Origin: Acidobacteriota bacterium | GTDB lineage: Bacteria; Acidobacteriota; UBA6911; RPQK01; JAJDTT01 | Length of the DNA stretch: 64,000 nt | Direction: 5' to 3' | Assembly: GCA_965209055.1 (NCBI GenBank) | Contig: OZ242374.1 | Location: 672,001 to 736,000, forward strand | In this document: piece by piece, positions 1 through 10,442 of the stretch | Layout: each line of letters starts with the position of its first letter | Numbering within the stretch: the stretch's first letter is position 1 | Made by a program: the position numbers and the translations under genes | The notes under the pieces: generated by a model | Told to the model about the DNA's origin: nothing | Databases searched by the model: none | The model's input: the letters and a program-made list of their open reading frames with translations, nothing else

Positions 1-3000
1 GTTGAGGATGGTGCGCGCCACCGTCGTCCAGGCGGCGGCCTGCTCCTGGGACAGCTCGCCGGGGAATCCCGGCCCCGCGACCTTGGCGGCCGACCCTTCC
101 CCCGCTGCGAAGACCTGTTCCTGGTCGTCCAAAAGCTTCGTCAGAACGCTCAGTTCGACCGGGTCCGGCTCTCTCGCCAACGCTCTCCGAAACGCGTAGC
201 GGAGCCGGTCCTCGTCCGTGGACTTCACCTCGGAGGTGATCTTCCTGGCGAACGACCGGGCGCAGTCGACGAAGACGTGGTCGTTGAGCAGCGTCAACGC
301 CTGCAGCGGCGTGTTGGACCGGGTTCGGCGAATACAGGCGGTGTTGGAGTCCGGGCTGTCGAAGGTCATGAGCATGGGATACGGAACCGTGCGCTGAAAA
401 TGGATGTAGAGCCCGCGGCGGTACTTGTCTGTCCCCCGACTCTCCGGCCATTTGACGCCGGAACTGTACCCCACCTTCGCCACGTCTTCGGGCAGAGGCG
501 GACGAATGCTCCGGCCGCCCACCCGGCGTTCCAACAGGCCTCCCACGGCCAGGAAGAGATCCCGGGTGACTTCCGACTCCACGCGGAATCGGCTCTGCCG
601 GGACAACCACACGTTGTTGGGATCGGTCTTGAGGAGTTCCGGATCTACTTGAGAGGACTGCTGATAGGTCGATGACAGAACGATCGTTTCGATCAGGTCC
701 TTGCGGCTCCAGCCCAGATTCACGAACTCGCGGGTGAGCCAGTCCAAAAGTTCCGGGTGGGAAGGCTTCTCTCCACGGGTCCCGAAATCGTCGCTGGTCG
801 CCACCAGTCCCCGTCCGAAGAGCTTTTCCCAGATTCGATTGACCTCCACGCGGCCCGTGAGCGGATTGGACGGGCCCACGATCCACCGGGCCAGGTCGAG
901 GCGATCCGGCCGTTCTCCCCGCCAACGCATGGGAGGCAGCACGCCTGGAGTTCCCGGCATCACTTGACGGCCCTTGCGCAGGAAATCGCCCCGGAGGTGG
1001 ATATGGGTCTTGGGCGGTTCCGGGTTCTGGGCGATGGTCTGGGCCAGCGTCTCGGGGACCTGAGGCATCGCCTTGTGATGCCCTTCCAGTGCGGCGTGCC
1101 ATTCCCGCATCCGCGGCTGCTGGTCGACGGCGTAGTCCAGCAGCAAGGCGGTCTGCTCGTCGGACCGGTCCCGCGGCGCCACGGCCAGCACCCGCTCCAC
1201 GTCGATGGGGACCAGGGACTGCAGCAACTCCCTCGGGGCCGTCGTCGCCGAAAGCCGGAACCGGCCCATGGTCCGGTGGTCGCCAAGGCGCTGCTCCAGC
1301 TTGAAATGGAAGGTGATTCCGGATGAAGAACCGGCGTCCTCCTTGAGGATCACGACGATCTGACGGTTGTGGTTGGGTCCGTCGAGTCCACCCGGCGACC
1401 AACCGGTCACCTCTTCCCCGTCGACGGCTCGAGAAACCTCGAACCCGTCCAGCTCCTGCAATGCCACCGCCGAATCGATCTCCAGCTCCTGGGGTTCCTT
1501 GCCCTCTTCACCCGTTGAAGCTTCAATGCCCACTTCCGAAAGCGCGAATTCTCCCTGGGCGGCCCGGCCCGGACCCGAATTCGGAAGCGTCGGGTCCTTG
1601 AGCGCCTCGATCCGGAACGCGGTGATTCCGGCCAGCGAGCTCCTCACCTCGACCTTGTAGTTGTTGTGGGCGGGATTGGCGCCCCGGGCCAACAGGCTGC
1701 CGTCCTCCTGCTTGACCAGCTCGGCCTCCTTGGAGTCGGTGGTGGTGAAGCTGACCGGATCGAGCACCTGCCACCGGCCCAGCAGAGGATACGGATTGCG
1801 GGCCTCCCAATCGGTGAGCTTCGGGGCCAACTCCTCCTCCAGAGGCGCTCGCTCGGCCTCCATCTTCCCCATGAGCATCTCCTGCCTCAGGTCCCATTCC
1901 CGCTTGGCTCGCCAATAGGCCGCCATCTCCGGTTCCAGGGTCGCCGGGAGGTTCTTTTCCTCCGCTTCGTTGAGAAAGGCGAAGAGCTCGTAATATTCCT
2001 GCTGAGAAAGGGGGTCGTACTTGTGGTCGTGGCACTGGGCGCAGGCCATGGTCAGGCCCAGAAAGACCGAGGCCGTGGTGTTGGTCCGGTCCACGATCTG
2101 CTCGATGCGAAACTGCTCCTTGTCGACTCCCCCCTCGCGATTGGTGAGGGTGTTGCGGTGAAACCCGGTCGCCACGCGCTGTTCGATCCCGGCATCCGGC
2201 AGCAGGTCTCCCGCCATCTGCTCGATGACGAACCGGTCATACGGGAGGTCCCGGTTGATGGCCTCGATCACCCACTCCCGGTAGCGCCACGCGTGGGGGC
2301 GGACGCCGTCCTTCTCGAATCCGTCGCTGTCGGCATAGCGGGCCAGATCCAGCCAATGCCGGGCCCAGCGTTCCCCGTAATGGGGCGAGGCAAGGAGCTG
2401 GCGGACCAGCCGTTCATAGGCATTGGGGAGCGGGTCGTTTACGAACGCCTCCACCTCGGCGGGGGTGGGCGGGAGTCCCAGCAGGTCCAGGTGCAGTCTT
2501 CGAACCAGGGTTTCCCGGGAGGCCCGGGACGAGGGCTGGAGTCCCCGTGTTTCCAGGGCTTCCAGCACGAACGAGTCGATGGGATGCCGAACCCAGTCCG
2601 GGTTGCGCGCCGCCGGGACTGCGGGGGCGCTGATCTCCTGAAACGACCAATGGCCGTTCGCGCCCGCCTGCAGGCCGGCGCCGGCGCCGTCAGTCTCCGC
2701 CGGCCATGAGGCGCCTTCGTCGATCCAGGCGCGGAGGCGGTCGATGAGGTCGGCGCTCAGCGGATCGCCTTGAAGCGGCATGATCATGCCGCCCGCCCCC
2801 GAGACCATCTGGATCAATCGGCTGGCCGAGCTGTCGCCCGGGACGATGGCGGGACCCGAGGCGCCACCCTTGAGGGCCGATTCCCGGAGATCGAGGCGCA
2901 GACCGCCGGACGCCTGCCCGGGACCGTGGCAATGGTGGCATCGCTGGCTGAAGATGGGCTCGATGTCCCGCTTGAAATCCGGTGCTCCGGCCGATTGATT

Positions 3001-3078
3001 CTGACCCAGGCCGGGCACTGCCACGAGCGCCAGGGAGAACAGAACCAGTCCTGAATACCACCGCCGATAAACCAGCAT
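1..3078 (-). CDS. PSD1/planctomycete cytochrome c protein (Cytochrom_C-like + DUF1549 + DUF1553); 3' end runs off the window
   Basis: Absent from the ORF track (no stop in window). Manual translation from ATG 3078: signal peptide MLVYRRWYSGLVLFSLALVAV, PDFKRDIEPIFSQRCHHCHG (CxxCH), WIDEGASWP, later CAQCHDHKYDP and NPLTGRVEVNRIW, ending AAWTTVARTILN at base 1. Confidence 0.9.
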   Translation of the reverse strand, partial: MLVYRRWYSGLVLFSLALVAVPGLGQNQSAGAPDFKRDIEPIFSQRCHHCHGPGQASGGLRLDLRESALKGGASGPAIVPGDSSASRLIQMVSGAGGMIMPLQGDPLSADLIDRLRAWIDEGASWPAETDGAGAGLQAGANGHWSFQEISAPAVPAARNPDWVRHPIDSFVLEALETRGLQPSSRASRETLVRRLHLDLLGLPPTPAEVEAFVNDPLPNAYERLVRQLLASPHYGERWARHWLDLARYADSDGFEKDGVRPHAWRYREWVIEAINRDLPYDRFVIEQMAGDLLPDAGIEQRVATGFHRNTLTNREGGVDKEQFRIEQIVDRTNTTASVFLGLTMACAQCHDHKYDPLSQQEYYELFAFLNEAEEKNLPATLEPEMAAYWRAKREWDLRQEMLMGKMEAERAPLEEELAPKLTDWEARNPYPLLGRWQVLDPVSFTTTDSKEAELVKQEDGSLLARGANPAHNNYKVEVRSSLAGITAFRIEALKDPTLPNSGPGRAAQGEFALSEVGIEASTGEEGKEPQELEIDSAVALQELDGFEVSRAVDGEEVTGWSPGGLDGPNHNRQIVVILKEDAGSSSGITFHFKLEQRLGDHRTMGRFRLSATTAPRELLQSLVPIDVERVLAVAPRDRSDEQTALLLDYAVDQQPRMREWHAALEGHHKAMPQVPETLAQTIAQNPEPPKTHIHLRGDFLRKGRQVMPGTPGVLPPMRWRGERPDRLDLARWIVGPSNPLTGRVEVNRIWEKLFGRGLVATSDDFGTRGEKPSHPELLDWLTREFVNLGWSRKDLIETIVLSSTYQQSSQVDPELLKTDPNNVWLSRQSRFRVESEVTRDLFLAVGGLLERRVGGRSIRPPLPEDVAKVGYSSGVKWPESRGTDKYRRGLYIHFQRTVPYPMLMTFDSPDSNTACIRRTRSNTPLQALTLLNDHVFVDCARSFARKITSEVKSTDEDRLRYAFRRALAREPDPVELSVLTKLLDDQEQVFAAGEGSAAKVAGPGFPGELSQEQAAAWTTVARTILN

Positions 3079-3107
3079 AAGTCGCTCAACAATATGGATT
3101 TGGCACG

Positions 3108-3116
3108 ATTTTACCA
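3108..3116 (-). promoter_or_regulatory. Putative extended -10 (TGGTAAAAT) for the leftward cytochrome gene
   Basis: TGnTAAAAT on the minus strand about 30 nt upstream of ATG 3078. Confidence 0.4.
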
Positions 3117-3196
3117 GAACCCCCTTGAACCGGGAAAGAGAGAGGAGTACAGGTTATGAACGGGAAGGGAGTCCGACCATTCAAGGAGGCTGGAAC

Positions 3197-4243
3197 ATGA
3201 CACTTCAACAGGGATGGAGCCGCCGCAGGTTTCTCGGCACCGCTTTCGTCGCGCCGGCGATGCACCGGAGCTCATTCACGACACCGGCGCCTCCTGAAAA
3301 GCCAGGTGGAAAGCCTGCTCTGGTCATCGACAACCACGGACATGTCGGGGCCCTGAAGCCCGAGGATCTCGTGGAGGGCTACAATCCACAATTGGACAGC
3401 ACCATCTTCCAGGTCACCGAATCCAAACTCGGGCTGTCTCCCCGCCAACTGATTGAAGTGATGGATGCCCACGGAGTGGACATGGCGGTGCTCCACACGC
3501 TCAGAGTGTGGGCCAACAAGTATCAGGCCCGGGTCCTGCGGGAGTTCCCCAACCGATTCATTTCCGTGTGCAAGCTCGACGAGCAGCAAGCGTACAAGAG
3601 TGAAGAAATTGACAAGCTTCATCGCTACGTCGGAGATTGGGGTTTCCGGGGGCTGTACTACGATCCTCCTCCCGGCTCCGATGGCCACGACAGCCTGGCC
3701 ACGCCCAAATACGATCCCTTGTGGAAGGCGGTGGACTCACTGAAGATAACCGTCTCCTTCGTGACTTACACCGGCAGCCCTGCCATCGGCTACGGATCGA
3801 ATTTCGAGAGCCTGTGGCCCATTCTGCTGCGGTTGCTGGAGAAATTTCCCGACCTTCCGGTCGTCATCGTTCATGGGATCCCGCCCCAGCCCTGCCTTCA
3901 GCCGGACAACTCGGTCAGGCTCCCGAAAAAGGCCATCCGGCTGGTCAAGGAACACAACGTGATCCTTGGCATTCTGGCGGGACACCTGAACTATGGACCC
4001 AACGACGAAGTCCTCAAGAGCCTCTACGACAACTTCGGTCCAGGAAAACTGGCTTGGGGTTCGGAATTCGTCAAGAAGGGACTGAGCAGTCCAGCCGAGT
4101 ACTCCCGGAGGTTCCACTACCTGCAAAACAACTGCCCCTACATGTCCCAGGAGGACCTGAGCCTCATCCTGGGTCGGAACGTCCAGCGACTCTACCGCCT
4201 GGAGCCGAAGGCTGCCGGACTTCAGTCCCCGCCGCGAGCATGA
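3197..4243 (+). CDS. Tat-exported amidohydrolase family protein (Amidohydro_2)
   Basis: AAGGAGG RBS before ATG 3197; SRRRFL twin-arginine motif; IDNHGH metal motif; FGPGKLAWGSEF and LILGRNVQRLY at the C-terminus. Confidence 0.8.
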   Translation: MTLQQGWSRRRFLGTAFVAPAMHRSSFTTPAPPEKPGGKPALVIDNHGHVGALKPEDLVEGYNPQLDSTIFQVTESKLGLSPRQLIEVMDAHGVDMAVLHTLRVWANKYQARVLREFPNRFISVCKLDEQQAYKSEEIDKLHRYVGDWGFRGLYYDPPPGSDGHDSLATPKYDPLWKAVDSLKITVSFVTYTGSPAIGYGSNFESLWPILLRLLEKFPDLPVVIVHGIPPQPCLQPDNSVRLPKKAIRLVKEHNVILGILAGHLNYGPNDEVLKSLYDNFGPGKLAWGSEFVKKGLSSPAEYSRRFHYLQNNCPYMSQEDLSLILGRNVQRLYRLEPKAAGLQSPPRA

Positions 4244-4269
4244 ACGTCCGGGAAGGCTCGCCGGACGCA

Positions 4270-4530
4270 CAACATCTATCTTTTCTGTTCCCCCCTTAAA
4301 TGGCCAGAAATAGAAACATAAACATATTGATATACCGGAACCAAATGGCCTTTCCCACTCTTTTAACCCCCTAATTAATCATCCTTTTTGCATCGGCATT
4401 TGGATCTCCCTACGGGAGATCTCATTGGGGGAAGCGGGGCGGCTGTCGGTGACGGACACCTCTGCTTGTTTTCCCCACGTCTCCTGATGTAGAATTTTGA
4501 TCAGCAGTACGCCTAACGGAGATCTCTACA
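4270..4530. promoter_or_regulatory. AT-rich intergenic promoter/regulatory region upstream of the PPC-DUF1549-DUF1501 operon
   Basis: Sharp local AT enrichment, GATCTCCC-tac-GGGAGATC hairpin near 4403-4421, TGTAGAAT -10-like box near 4488-4495. Confidence 0.45.
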
Positions 4531-6390
4531 ATGCGATCCATTCCGGCCCTTCTGATTCTGGCTTTCCTTTCGGTTCAACTCGAAGCCGCAGATCCGCCTG
4601 CCAGGCCCAAGCTGGTCTCCCTGTATCCCCTGGGAGGACAGGCGGGGGACACGCTCGAAGTCGAGCTCGTGGGCAAGCATCTGGACCCGCTCCAGGTGGC
4701 CTGGTTTCGTTACGATCAAGTGGAGGCGGAGGTCCTGAAGCTGGAACGGACCGAGGAAGTCGAAAAGGCCGGCGCCGGCCAGGAGCAGGGCGCCGAATCC
4801 AAGCCGTATCAGGGGAAATACCGGGCGCTTCTGAAAGTTCGTATCTCCCCCGACGCCGAATTGGGAGCCCACTACTTCCGCGCCGTGACCCCCGGCGGGA
4901 TCTCCAACCCGCTGAGGTTCCGGGTCACTTCCGAGCCCAACGTGCTTGAAGTCGGCGCCAAACACAACGAGTTGGACACCGCCCAGCCCATCGATGGCTT
5001 CCCGATCGTGATTCAGGGCAGCCTGCCGGAGCTGGGCGAGGTGGATTTTTACGCGTTGCAGGCCACCCGCGACCAGGTTCTCTGCTTCCAGGTGGACTTC
5101 TTCTCGAGCACCGCTCCGCTCGGCCTGTGGACGATGCGGCCGAAGCTGAGCATCCATGAGCGGGGAGGCAGTTGGTTCGATCCCGGCCGCGATCATCGAC
5201 TGGTCATCAACGACCCCATGCAGCATCGGCCGACCTTGGCCTACAAATTCCCCAGGGACGGCGAATTCTTTCTGGCCGTGGCGGAGGTTTCGGGCAAGGT
5301 CGGGATGTTTGAGAATCCCGGCTACCAGTTGAAGGTCTTCCCCGGCGGGGCTGCCGGGGAGGCACCCTGTTCCTTCACCGCGGATCGGCCCGCCCATGAC
5401 GGACCCCTGCAATGGACCTGGGCGGGAGAAGCTGCCCAGGCCCTCGTGCCCATGGTGTCCGAACGGGACTTCGGCCGGAAGATCGAAGCGGATTGGATCG
5501 AGAGACTGCATGCCAGGGGCGTCCCGGAAGAAACCAACGAGGCGTCTGGCGGAGGCATCTCGTTCGAGTCTTTCGCCGAACAGGAGCCGAATGACCAGCC
5601 GGCACAAGCTCTCGACGTGGGAGCCATCCCCGCGGCTCTGGAAGGGACCATCGGCGGGCCGGGTGACATCGACACCTTCAAGTTCAAGGTGGCCGACGGA
5701 ACCCTCGTCGCATTCGAGATCGAGACCCCGCTGAGGAAACCGTCATTTTTCGTCCCCTGGATGAAGGTCACAAACGCCGACGGCGAGGAAGTCGTGGAAA
5801 ACCTCAATAAAGTGTGGGGCAGAAGCGGGAACTTCGTCGTCAAGCACCTGGAGGCGAAGACGGTCTACACCTTTGAGAAGGGGGGCGAGTACACCCTCCA
5901 GGTTCGCGACATCACATCCCGGAACGGAGGTTCCGATTTCAGGTACAGAGTGCTGGTCCGGGACCAGGTTCCGCACGTGGGATCGATCCGGCCTGAGGAA
6001 GATCACCTTCGGATCACGCCCGGCCAGTCCAGCACGCTGGAGTTGTCCGTGGACCTGGAAGAGGGATTCCAGGGCGACGTCCTGCTCAGCGTCAATAACC
6101 TTCCGCCCGGCGTGAAGGCGTTTCCGGTCATGGCGCGTCCGAAGGAGACCCGGTCGACGGAGGACCTGCCTCCATTGAGGGACCAGAAACGCTACAAGCC
6201 GGCTACGCAAAGGGCCATGATCGCGTTGATGGCCGACTCCAGCGCCTCGCCGAGCCGTACCCCCTGGCTCATCGATCTGACGGCCCGGCCCATCAACGGG
6301 GGAAAAATGGGAGAGGCATTCGCCATCGGCACGCTCCCGCTGCTGGTGGATGGGAGTGAGAAAGAGCGGCAGCTCGCCTCCAATCGGTAA
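4531..6390 (+). CDS. Secreted pre-peptidase C-terminal (PPC) domain protein, planctomycete type
   Basis: Signal peptide; SLYPLGGQAG, GISNPLRFRV, EQEPND, GDIDTFKF, GEYTLQVRD motifs; typical partner of DUF1549/DUF1501 genes. Confidence 0.8.
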   Translation: MRSIPALLILAFLSVQLEAADPPARPKLVSLYPLGGQAGDTLEVELVGKHLDPLQVAWFRYDQVEAEVLKLERTEEVEKAGAGQEQGAESKPYQGKYRALLKVRISPDAELGAHYFRAVTPGGISNPLRFRVTSEPNVLEVGAKHNELDTAQPIDGFPIVIQGSLPELGEVDFYALQATRDQVLCFQVDFFSSTAPLGLWTMRPKLSIHERGGSWFDPGRDHRLVINDPMQHRPTLAYKFPRDGEFFLAVAEVSGKVGMFENPGYQLKVFPGGAAGEAPCSFTADRPAHDGPLQWTWAGEAAQALVPMVSERDFGRKIEADWIERLHARGVPEETNEASGGGISFESFAEQEPNDQPAQALDVGAIPAALEGTIGGPGDIDTFKFKVADGTLVAFEIETPLRKPSFFVPWMKVTNADGEEVVENLNKVWGRSGNFVVKHLEAKTVYTFEKGGEYTLQVRDITSRNGGSDFRYRVLVRDQVPHVGSIRPEEDHLRITPGQSSTLELSVDLEEGFQGDVLLSVNNLPPGVKAFPVMARPKETRSTEDLPPLRDQKRYKPATQRAMIALMADSSASPSRTPWLIDLTARPINGGKMGEAFAIGTLPLLVDGSEKERQLASNR

Positions 6391-6411
6391 GAGCTGCAAG
6401 GAACAGGCACC

Positions 6412-9009
6412 GTGAGACTGCAAGCACCGAAATCTGCGGGACGTTTCGGCGGATCAGCAGCGATCCTGCCGCTGGTGCTGGCCATTGTCTTGGCCCTGTT
6501 TGCGGCGTCTCCCCAGGGAGAGCCGTTGCGGCCGGCCAGCAGCCACGCCCTAACCCTCGTCTCCGTCGAAATGTTTCCCGAGAAGGTGGATCTGAGAGGA
6601 GCGGATCCTTCACAGCGGTTCGTGGTGCTCGGCACCTTCTCCGACGGGCTGCAGCGCGACGTGACCTCACGCAGCAGTTTCGCTGTGGATAACGACGAGG
6701 TCGCCAAAATCGACGGGACTTCCCGAATCGTCGGCGTCTCCGAGGGCGAGACGAGAGTCCGGGTGGAGGTCGAAGGCCACACGGCGGAAGCGGCCATCCA
6801 GGTTCAGGACCTGGTCCGGGAAAAGACCTACAGCTTCACCCGGGACGTGGGCTCGATTCTCACCAAGCACGGGTGCAACAGCAGCGACTGCCATGGCGGC
6901 GTCAAGGGGCAGGGCGGATTCAAGCTCTCGCAGAACTCCCTCTACCCCGAGGATGACTACAAGTGGATCATGGAGGGGGGCACCTTCCATGTCCTCACCG
7001 ACAAATCGGACGAACCGAAGGTCCCCCGGATCGACCTGAAAGAACCGGAGAAGAGCCTGCTGCTGATGAAGCCGACCATGGCCATGGCACATGGAGGCGG
7101 ACCCAGATTCGCTCTGGACTCTCCCGACTACCGGACTATTCTGGGTTGGATTCAAGCGGGGGCTCCTTTCGGCGATGCGGCCGACAAGGAATCCGCCGGA
7201 ATCGACGGCGTGGAGGTGTTTCCCCACAAGTTCGTGCTGGAGCCGGGCGGAACCCAGCAACTGGTGGTAATGGCTCACCTTTCGGACGGGCGGAGCCAGG
7301 ATATCAGCGACCAGGTGCTCTACTCCTCCATCAATCCCGCGGTCGTGAGCGTGGGCAACGACGGGACGGTGAAGGCGGTCGGCAAGGGAGAGACGGCGAT
7401 CATGATCCGCGCGGCCGGCCACGCGGTCAGTGCGCTCGCCGGAGTGATCACGGACCTGATTCCAGACTACCCGGCCGTTCCCGCAGAGAACTACATCGAC
7501 GAATACGTCTTCTCCAAACTCCGGCGCTTCAACATCGTTCCTTCCGGCCTTTCGAGCGATGCCGAGTTTCTGAGACGAGTGTGCCTCGATCTGGCGGGCA
7601 CGATGCCGCCGCCCAACCGCGTCCGCGAGTTCCTGGCTTCCCAGGACCCGCAGAAGCGGGAAAAACTGATCGACACGCTGCTCGACTCCCCGGAATACGT
7701 CGACTATTGGACCTATCGCTTTTCTCAACTGTTTCGAGTGGGGCGCCTGGTGAACGGCGGTACGACCGAGTTCAACGCGGCGTATTGGGAATGGATCCGG
7801 GACAGCGTCATCGACGGAAAACCGTACGACCAGATGGCCCGGGAACGGATCTCCGCACAGGGGTGGGACGGGCCCTCCCGGCATTTCACCCGGTTCGCCA
7901 CCGAGAACGACCCGACCGGTCCCCAAGAGGTGATGGGGGAGCAGATCCGGCTCTTCATGGGCCGCCGGCTGGATTGCGCCCAGTGTCACAACCACCCCTT
8001 CGACAGTTGGAGCCAGGACCAGTTCTGGGGGCTGACGGCGTTCTTCGGCAGCCTGGTTCAGGTCGGATGGTCGGACGAGACCGACATGGTGATCTTCGAC
8101 AACCCCGCCGGCCGGGACTATGCCTGGGGCCAGCCGGAGGACGTCGCCAAGGTCATTCATCCGCGCACCAAGAAAGAGGTGAAGGCGACGTTGCCCGACG
8201 GCACCCCTCTGCCCGCGGACAGGAAGTTCGACCCGCGGATGGCTCTGGCGGAATGGATCACCGGGCATCCCCACTTCGCGGAAGCGACGGTGAACCGGAT
8301 CTGGAGTTATTTCTTCGGGCGGGGGATCGTCGATCCGGTGGACGACTTCCGGTCCACCAATCCTCCCTCGCACCCGGATCTGCTCGCCGCCCTGGCCGAC
8401 GAATTCAGGAGCCAGGGGCACGATATGAAGAAGCTGATCCGGACCATCGTTCGCTCCCGGGCCTATCAACTGACGTCGGTCCCCAACGAGACGAACCGCC
8501 ACGACACCACGAATTACTCCCACTTTCAGCCCCGGCCCCTGGACGCCGAGCTGTTCCTGGACGCCATCTCCTTCGTGACGGGGGTGACCGACGAGAAGTA
8601 CCTGGATACGACGAGAGGCCATGAGCCGGTGGGAACCCGGGCCATGAACCTGAAGAACTGGTCCATCGACCACAGCCAGTTCATGGAGGTCCATGGCCGC
8701 TACGACCGGGCCGGCAAGCCGAACAAGCCCGGACCCACCCTGTTGCAGGCCCTGCATTCCTTTTCGGGCCGGACCTACAACGAGAAAATCGGGCGCGAAG
8801 GCGGAAGGCTGGACCGGATGATCCGGAGCGGCCGCTCCAACGAAGAGATCGTGGAAGAACTTTACCTGCTGGCGTTTACCAGATTTCCGAGCCGGGACGA
8901 ACTCGATCGCCTGTTGCGGTTGATCGAAGAGAGCCCTTTCCCGAAAACGACTCTGGAGGATCTGACCTGGGCTTTGATCAGTTCCCGGGAGTTTGCGTAT
9001 AACCATTGA
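6412..9009 (+). CDS. DUF1549/DUF1553 protein with Ig-like (Big_2) repeats
   Basis: GCNSSDCHG, FLRRVCLDLAG, CAQCHNHPFD, VNRIWSYFFGRGIVDPVDD, EDLTWALISSREF. Confidence 0.9.
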   Translation: MRLQAPKSAGRFGGSAAILPLVLAIVLALFAASPQGEPLRPASSHALTLVSVEMFPEKVDLRGADPSQRFVVLGTFSDGLQRDVTSRSSFAVDNDEVAKIDGTSRIVGVSEGETRVRVEVEGHTAEAAIQVQDLVREKTYSFTRDVGSILTKHGCNSSDCHGGVKGQGGFKLSQNSLYPEDDYKWIMEGGTFHVLTDKSDEPKVPRIDLKEPEKSLLLMKPTMAMAHGGGPRFALDSPDYRTILGWIQAGAPFGDAADKESAGIDGVEVFPHKFVLEPGGTQQLVVMAHLSDGRSQDISDQVLYSSINPAVVSVGNDGTVKAVGKGETAIMIRAAGHAVSALAGVITDLIPDYPAVPAENYIDEYVFSKLRRFNIVPSGLSSDAEFLRRVCLDLAGTMPPPNRVREFLASQDPQKREKLIDTLLDSPEYVDYWTYRFSQLFRVGRLVNGGTTEFNAAYWEWIRDSVIDGKPYDQMARERISAQGWDGPSRHFTRFATENDPTGPQEVMGEQIRLFMGRRLDCAQCHNHPFDSWSQDQFWGLTAFFGSLVQVGWSDETDMVIFDNPAGRDYAWGQPEDVAKVIHPRTKKEVKATLPDGTPLPADRKFDPRMALAEWITGHPHFAEATVNRIWSYFFGRGIVDPVDDFRSTNPPSHPDLLAALADEFRSQGHDMKKLIRTIVRSRAYQLTSVPNETNRHDTTNYSHFQPRPLDAELFLDAISFVTGVTDEKYLDTTRGHEPVGTRAMNLKNWSIDHSQFMEVHGRYDRAGKPNKPGPTLLQALHSFSGRTYNEKIGREGGRLDRMIRSGRSNEEIVEELYLLAFTRFPSRDELDRLLRLIEESPFPKTTLEDLTWALISSREFAYNH

Positions 9010-9063
9010 CCGCCGCTTGGCGTTTTTAGGCGTTTTGCGAAGTCGCCGACGGAGAAACCAACG

Positions 9064-10440
9064 ATGTTGAGAAAAGCAGGTTGCCTGGATTACCGGCTCG
9101 CCAGTCGAAGGGACTTCTTGCGACTGGGCTCTCTCAGTCTTCTGGGAGCCAACCTCACGCATTACCTTCAGTTCAAGAGCCTGATGGCGAGTGCGGGAGT
9201 GGATATCGAGAAGGAGGCCACGGCCAAATCGATCATCGTGCTCTGGCTGGAGGGTGGACCGAGTCACATCGACACGTACGATCCCAAGCCCAACAGTTCG
9301 TTCAAGCCGATTTCGACGAACGTTCCGGGAATTCAGGTGACGGAGCTCTGTCCTCTCGTCGCCCAGCAGATGGACAAGATCGCCGTCGTCCGGTCCGTCC
9401 GCTCGGAGGAAGCCAACCACTTCGAGGGCGCCCACAACGTGCTCACCGGACATCGTCCCAGTGCGGCCATGGCGTTCCCCAGCGTCGGGTCCATCATCAC
9501 CAAGGAGTTGGGTCCCATAAACACCATGCCCCCGTACGTCCTGGCCCCCCAGTTCGACGTGGACCGGCAATACGAAGTGCTCTGGAAGAGCGCCCACCTG
9601 GGGGCGAAATACGATCCCTTGATCCTGGGCGACCCCACGGGGTGCAGCTTCAAGGACATCACCACGGTCTGCGACCCCGACTTCGCGGTCGCGGATCTGA
9701 CGCTCCCCAAGGGATTGCCGATGGAGCGGCTGGAGTCCCGGCTTTCGATGCTGGAGATGGTCGACTCCATCTATCGCAAGAAGGTGGAAAAGGCCGAGTT
9801 CACCGCCATGGACGGTTTTCGTGAGCAGGCGCTGCAGATGATTCTGCAGCCCGAGGTCCGGGAAGCGTTCGAACTGACGCGGGAGCCGGAAAAAGTTCGA
9901 GACGCCTACGGCCGAAACGGCTTCGGACAGAGCGTGCTCCTGGCCCGGCGCCTGGCGGAAAGGGGATCCCGTTTCGTGACGGCGGCCGGCTACAAGTTCA
10001 ACGAGTGGGACACGCACGGCAACAACGACAAGCAGCACAAGGACGCGTTGGTTCCGCCCCTCGATCAGGCCCTCTCCGCCCTGCTGGTCGACTTGGACGA
10101 GCGAGGGATGCTGGATACGACCATGGTCATCGTCATGGGCGAGTTCGGACGGACCCCGAACCACAACGCCAGCGGCGGACGGGACCACTGGCCCCATGCC
10201 TGGACCCTGCTCATGTCCGGCGGCGGAGTCAAAGGCGGCATGGTGCTCGGAGCCAGCGATGAAAGAGGCGCCCACGTGGCGGAGCGCGAGGTTTCCATCG
10301 GAGACATCTACGCCACCGTGTACAAGGCGATGGGAATCGACTGGACCAAGGAATACATGACTCCGATCGGACGTCCCGTGAAGATCGCCAACTCCTTCGA
10401 GGACAAGACCGGGAAGCCCATTCAGGAACTCCTCGGCTAG
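9064..10440 (+). CDS. DUF1501 domain protein (Tat signal)
   Basis: SRRDFL; WLEGGPSHIDTYDPKP, WDTH, GEFGRTP, GRDHW. Confidence 0.92.
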   Translation: MLRKAGCLDYRLASRRDFLRLGSLSLLGANLTHYLQFKSLMASAGVDIEKEATAKSIIVLWLEGGPSHIDTYDPKPNSSFKPISTNVPGIQVTELCPLVAQQMDKIAVVRSVRSEEANHFEGAHNVLTGHRPSAAMAFPSVGSIITKELGPINTMPPYVLAPQFDVDRQYEVLWKSAHLGAKYDPLILGDPTGCSFKDITTVCDPDFAVADLTLPKGLPMERLESRLSMLEMVDSIYRKKVEKAEFTAMDGFREQALQMILQPEVREAFELTREPEKVRDAYGRNGFGQSVLLARRLAERGSRFVTAAGYKFNEWDTHGNNDKQHKDALVPPLDQALSALLVDLDERGMLDTTMVIVMGEFGRTPNHNASGGRDHWPHAWTLLMSGGGVKGGMVLGASDERGAHVAEREVSIGDIYATVYKAMGIDWTKEYMTPIGRPVKIANSFEDKTGKPIQELLG

Positions 10441-10442
10441 GA

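Noticed and set aside
3101-3116. Sigma54 promoter TGGCACG
   Set aside because: The -12 TTGC element is absent; the sequence reads better as an extended -10 on the opposite strand
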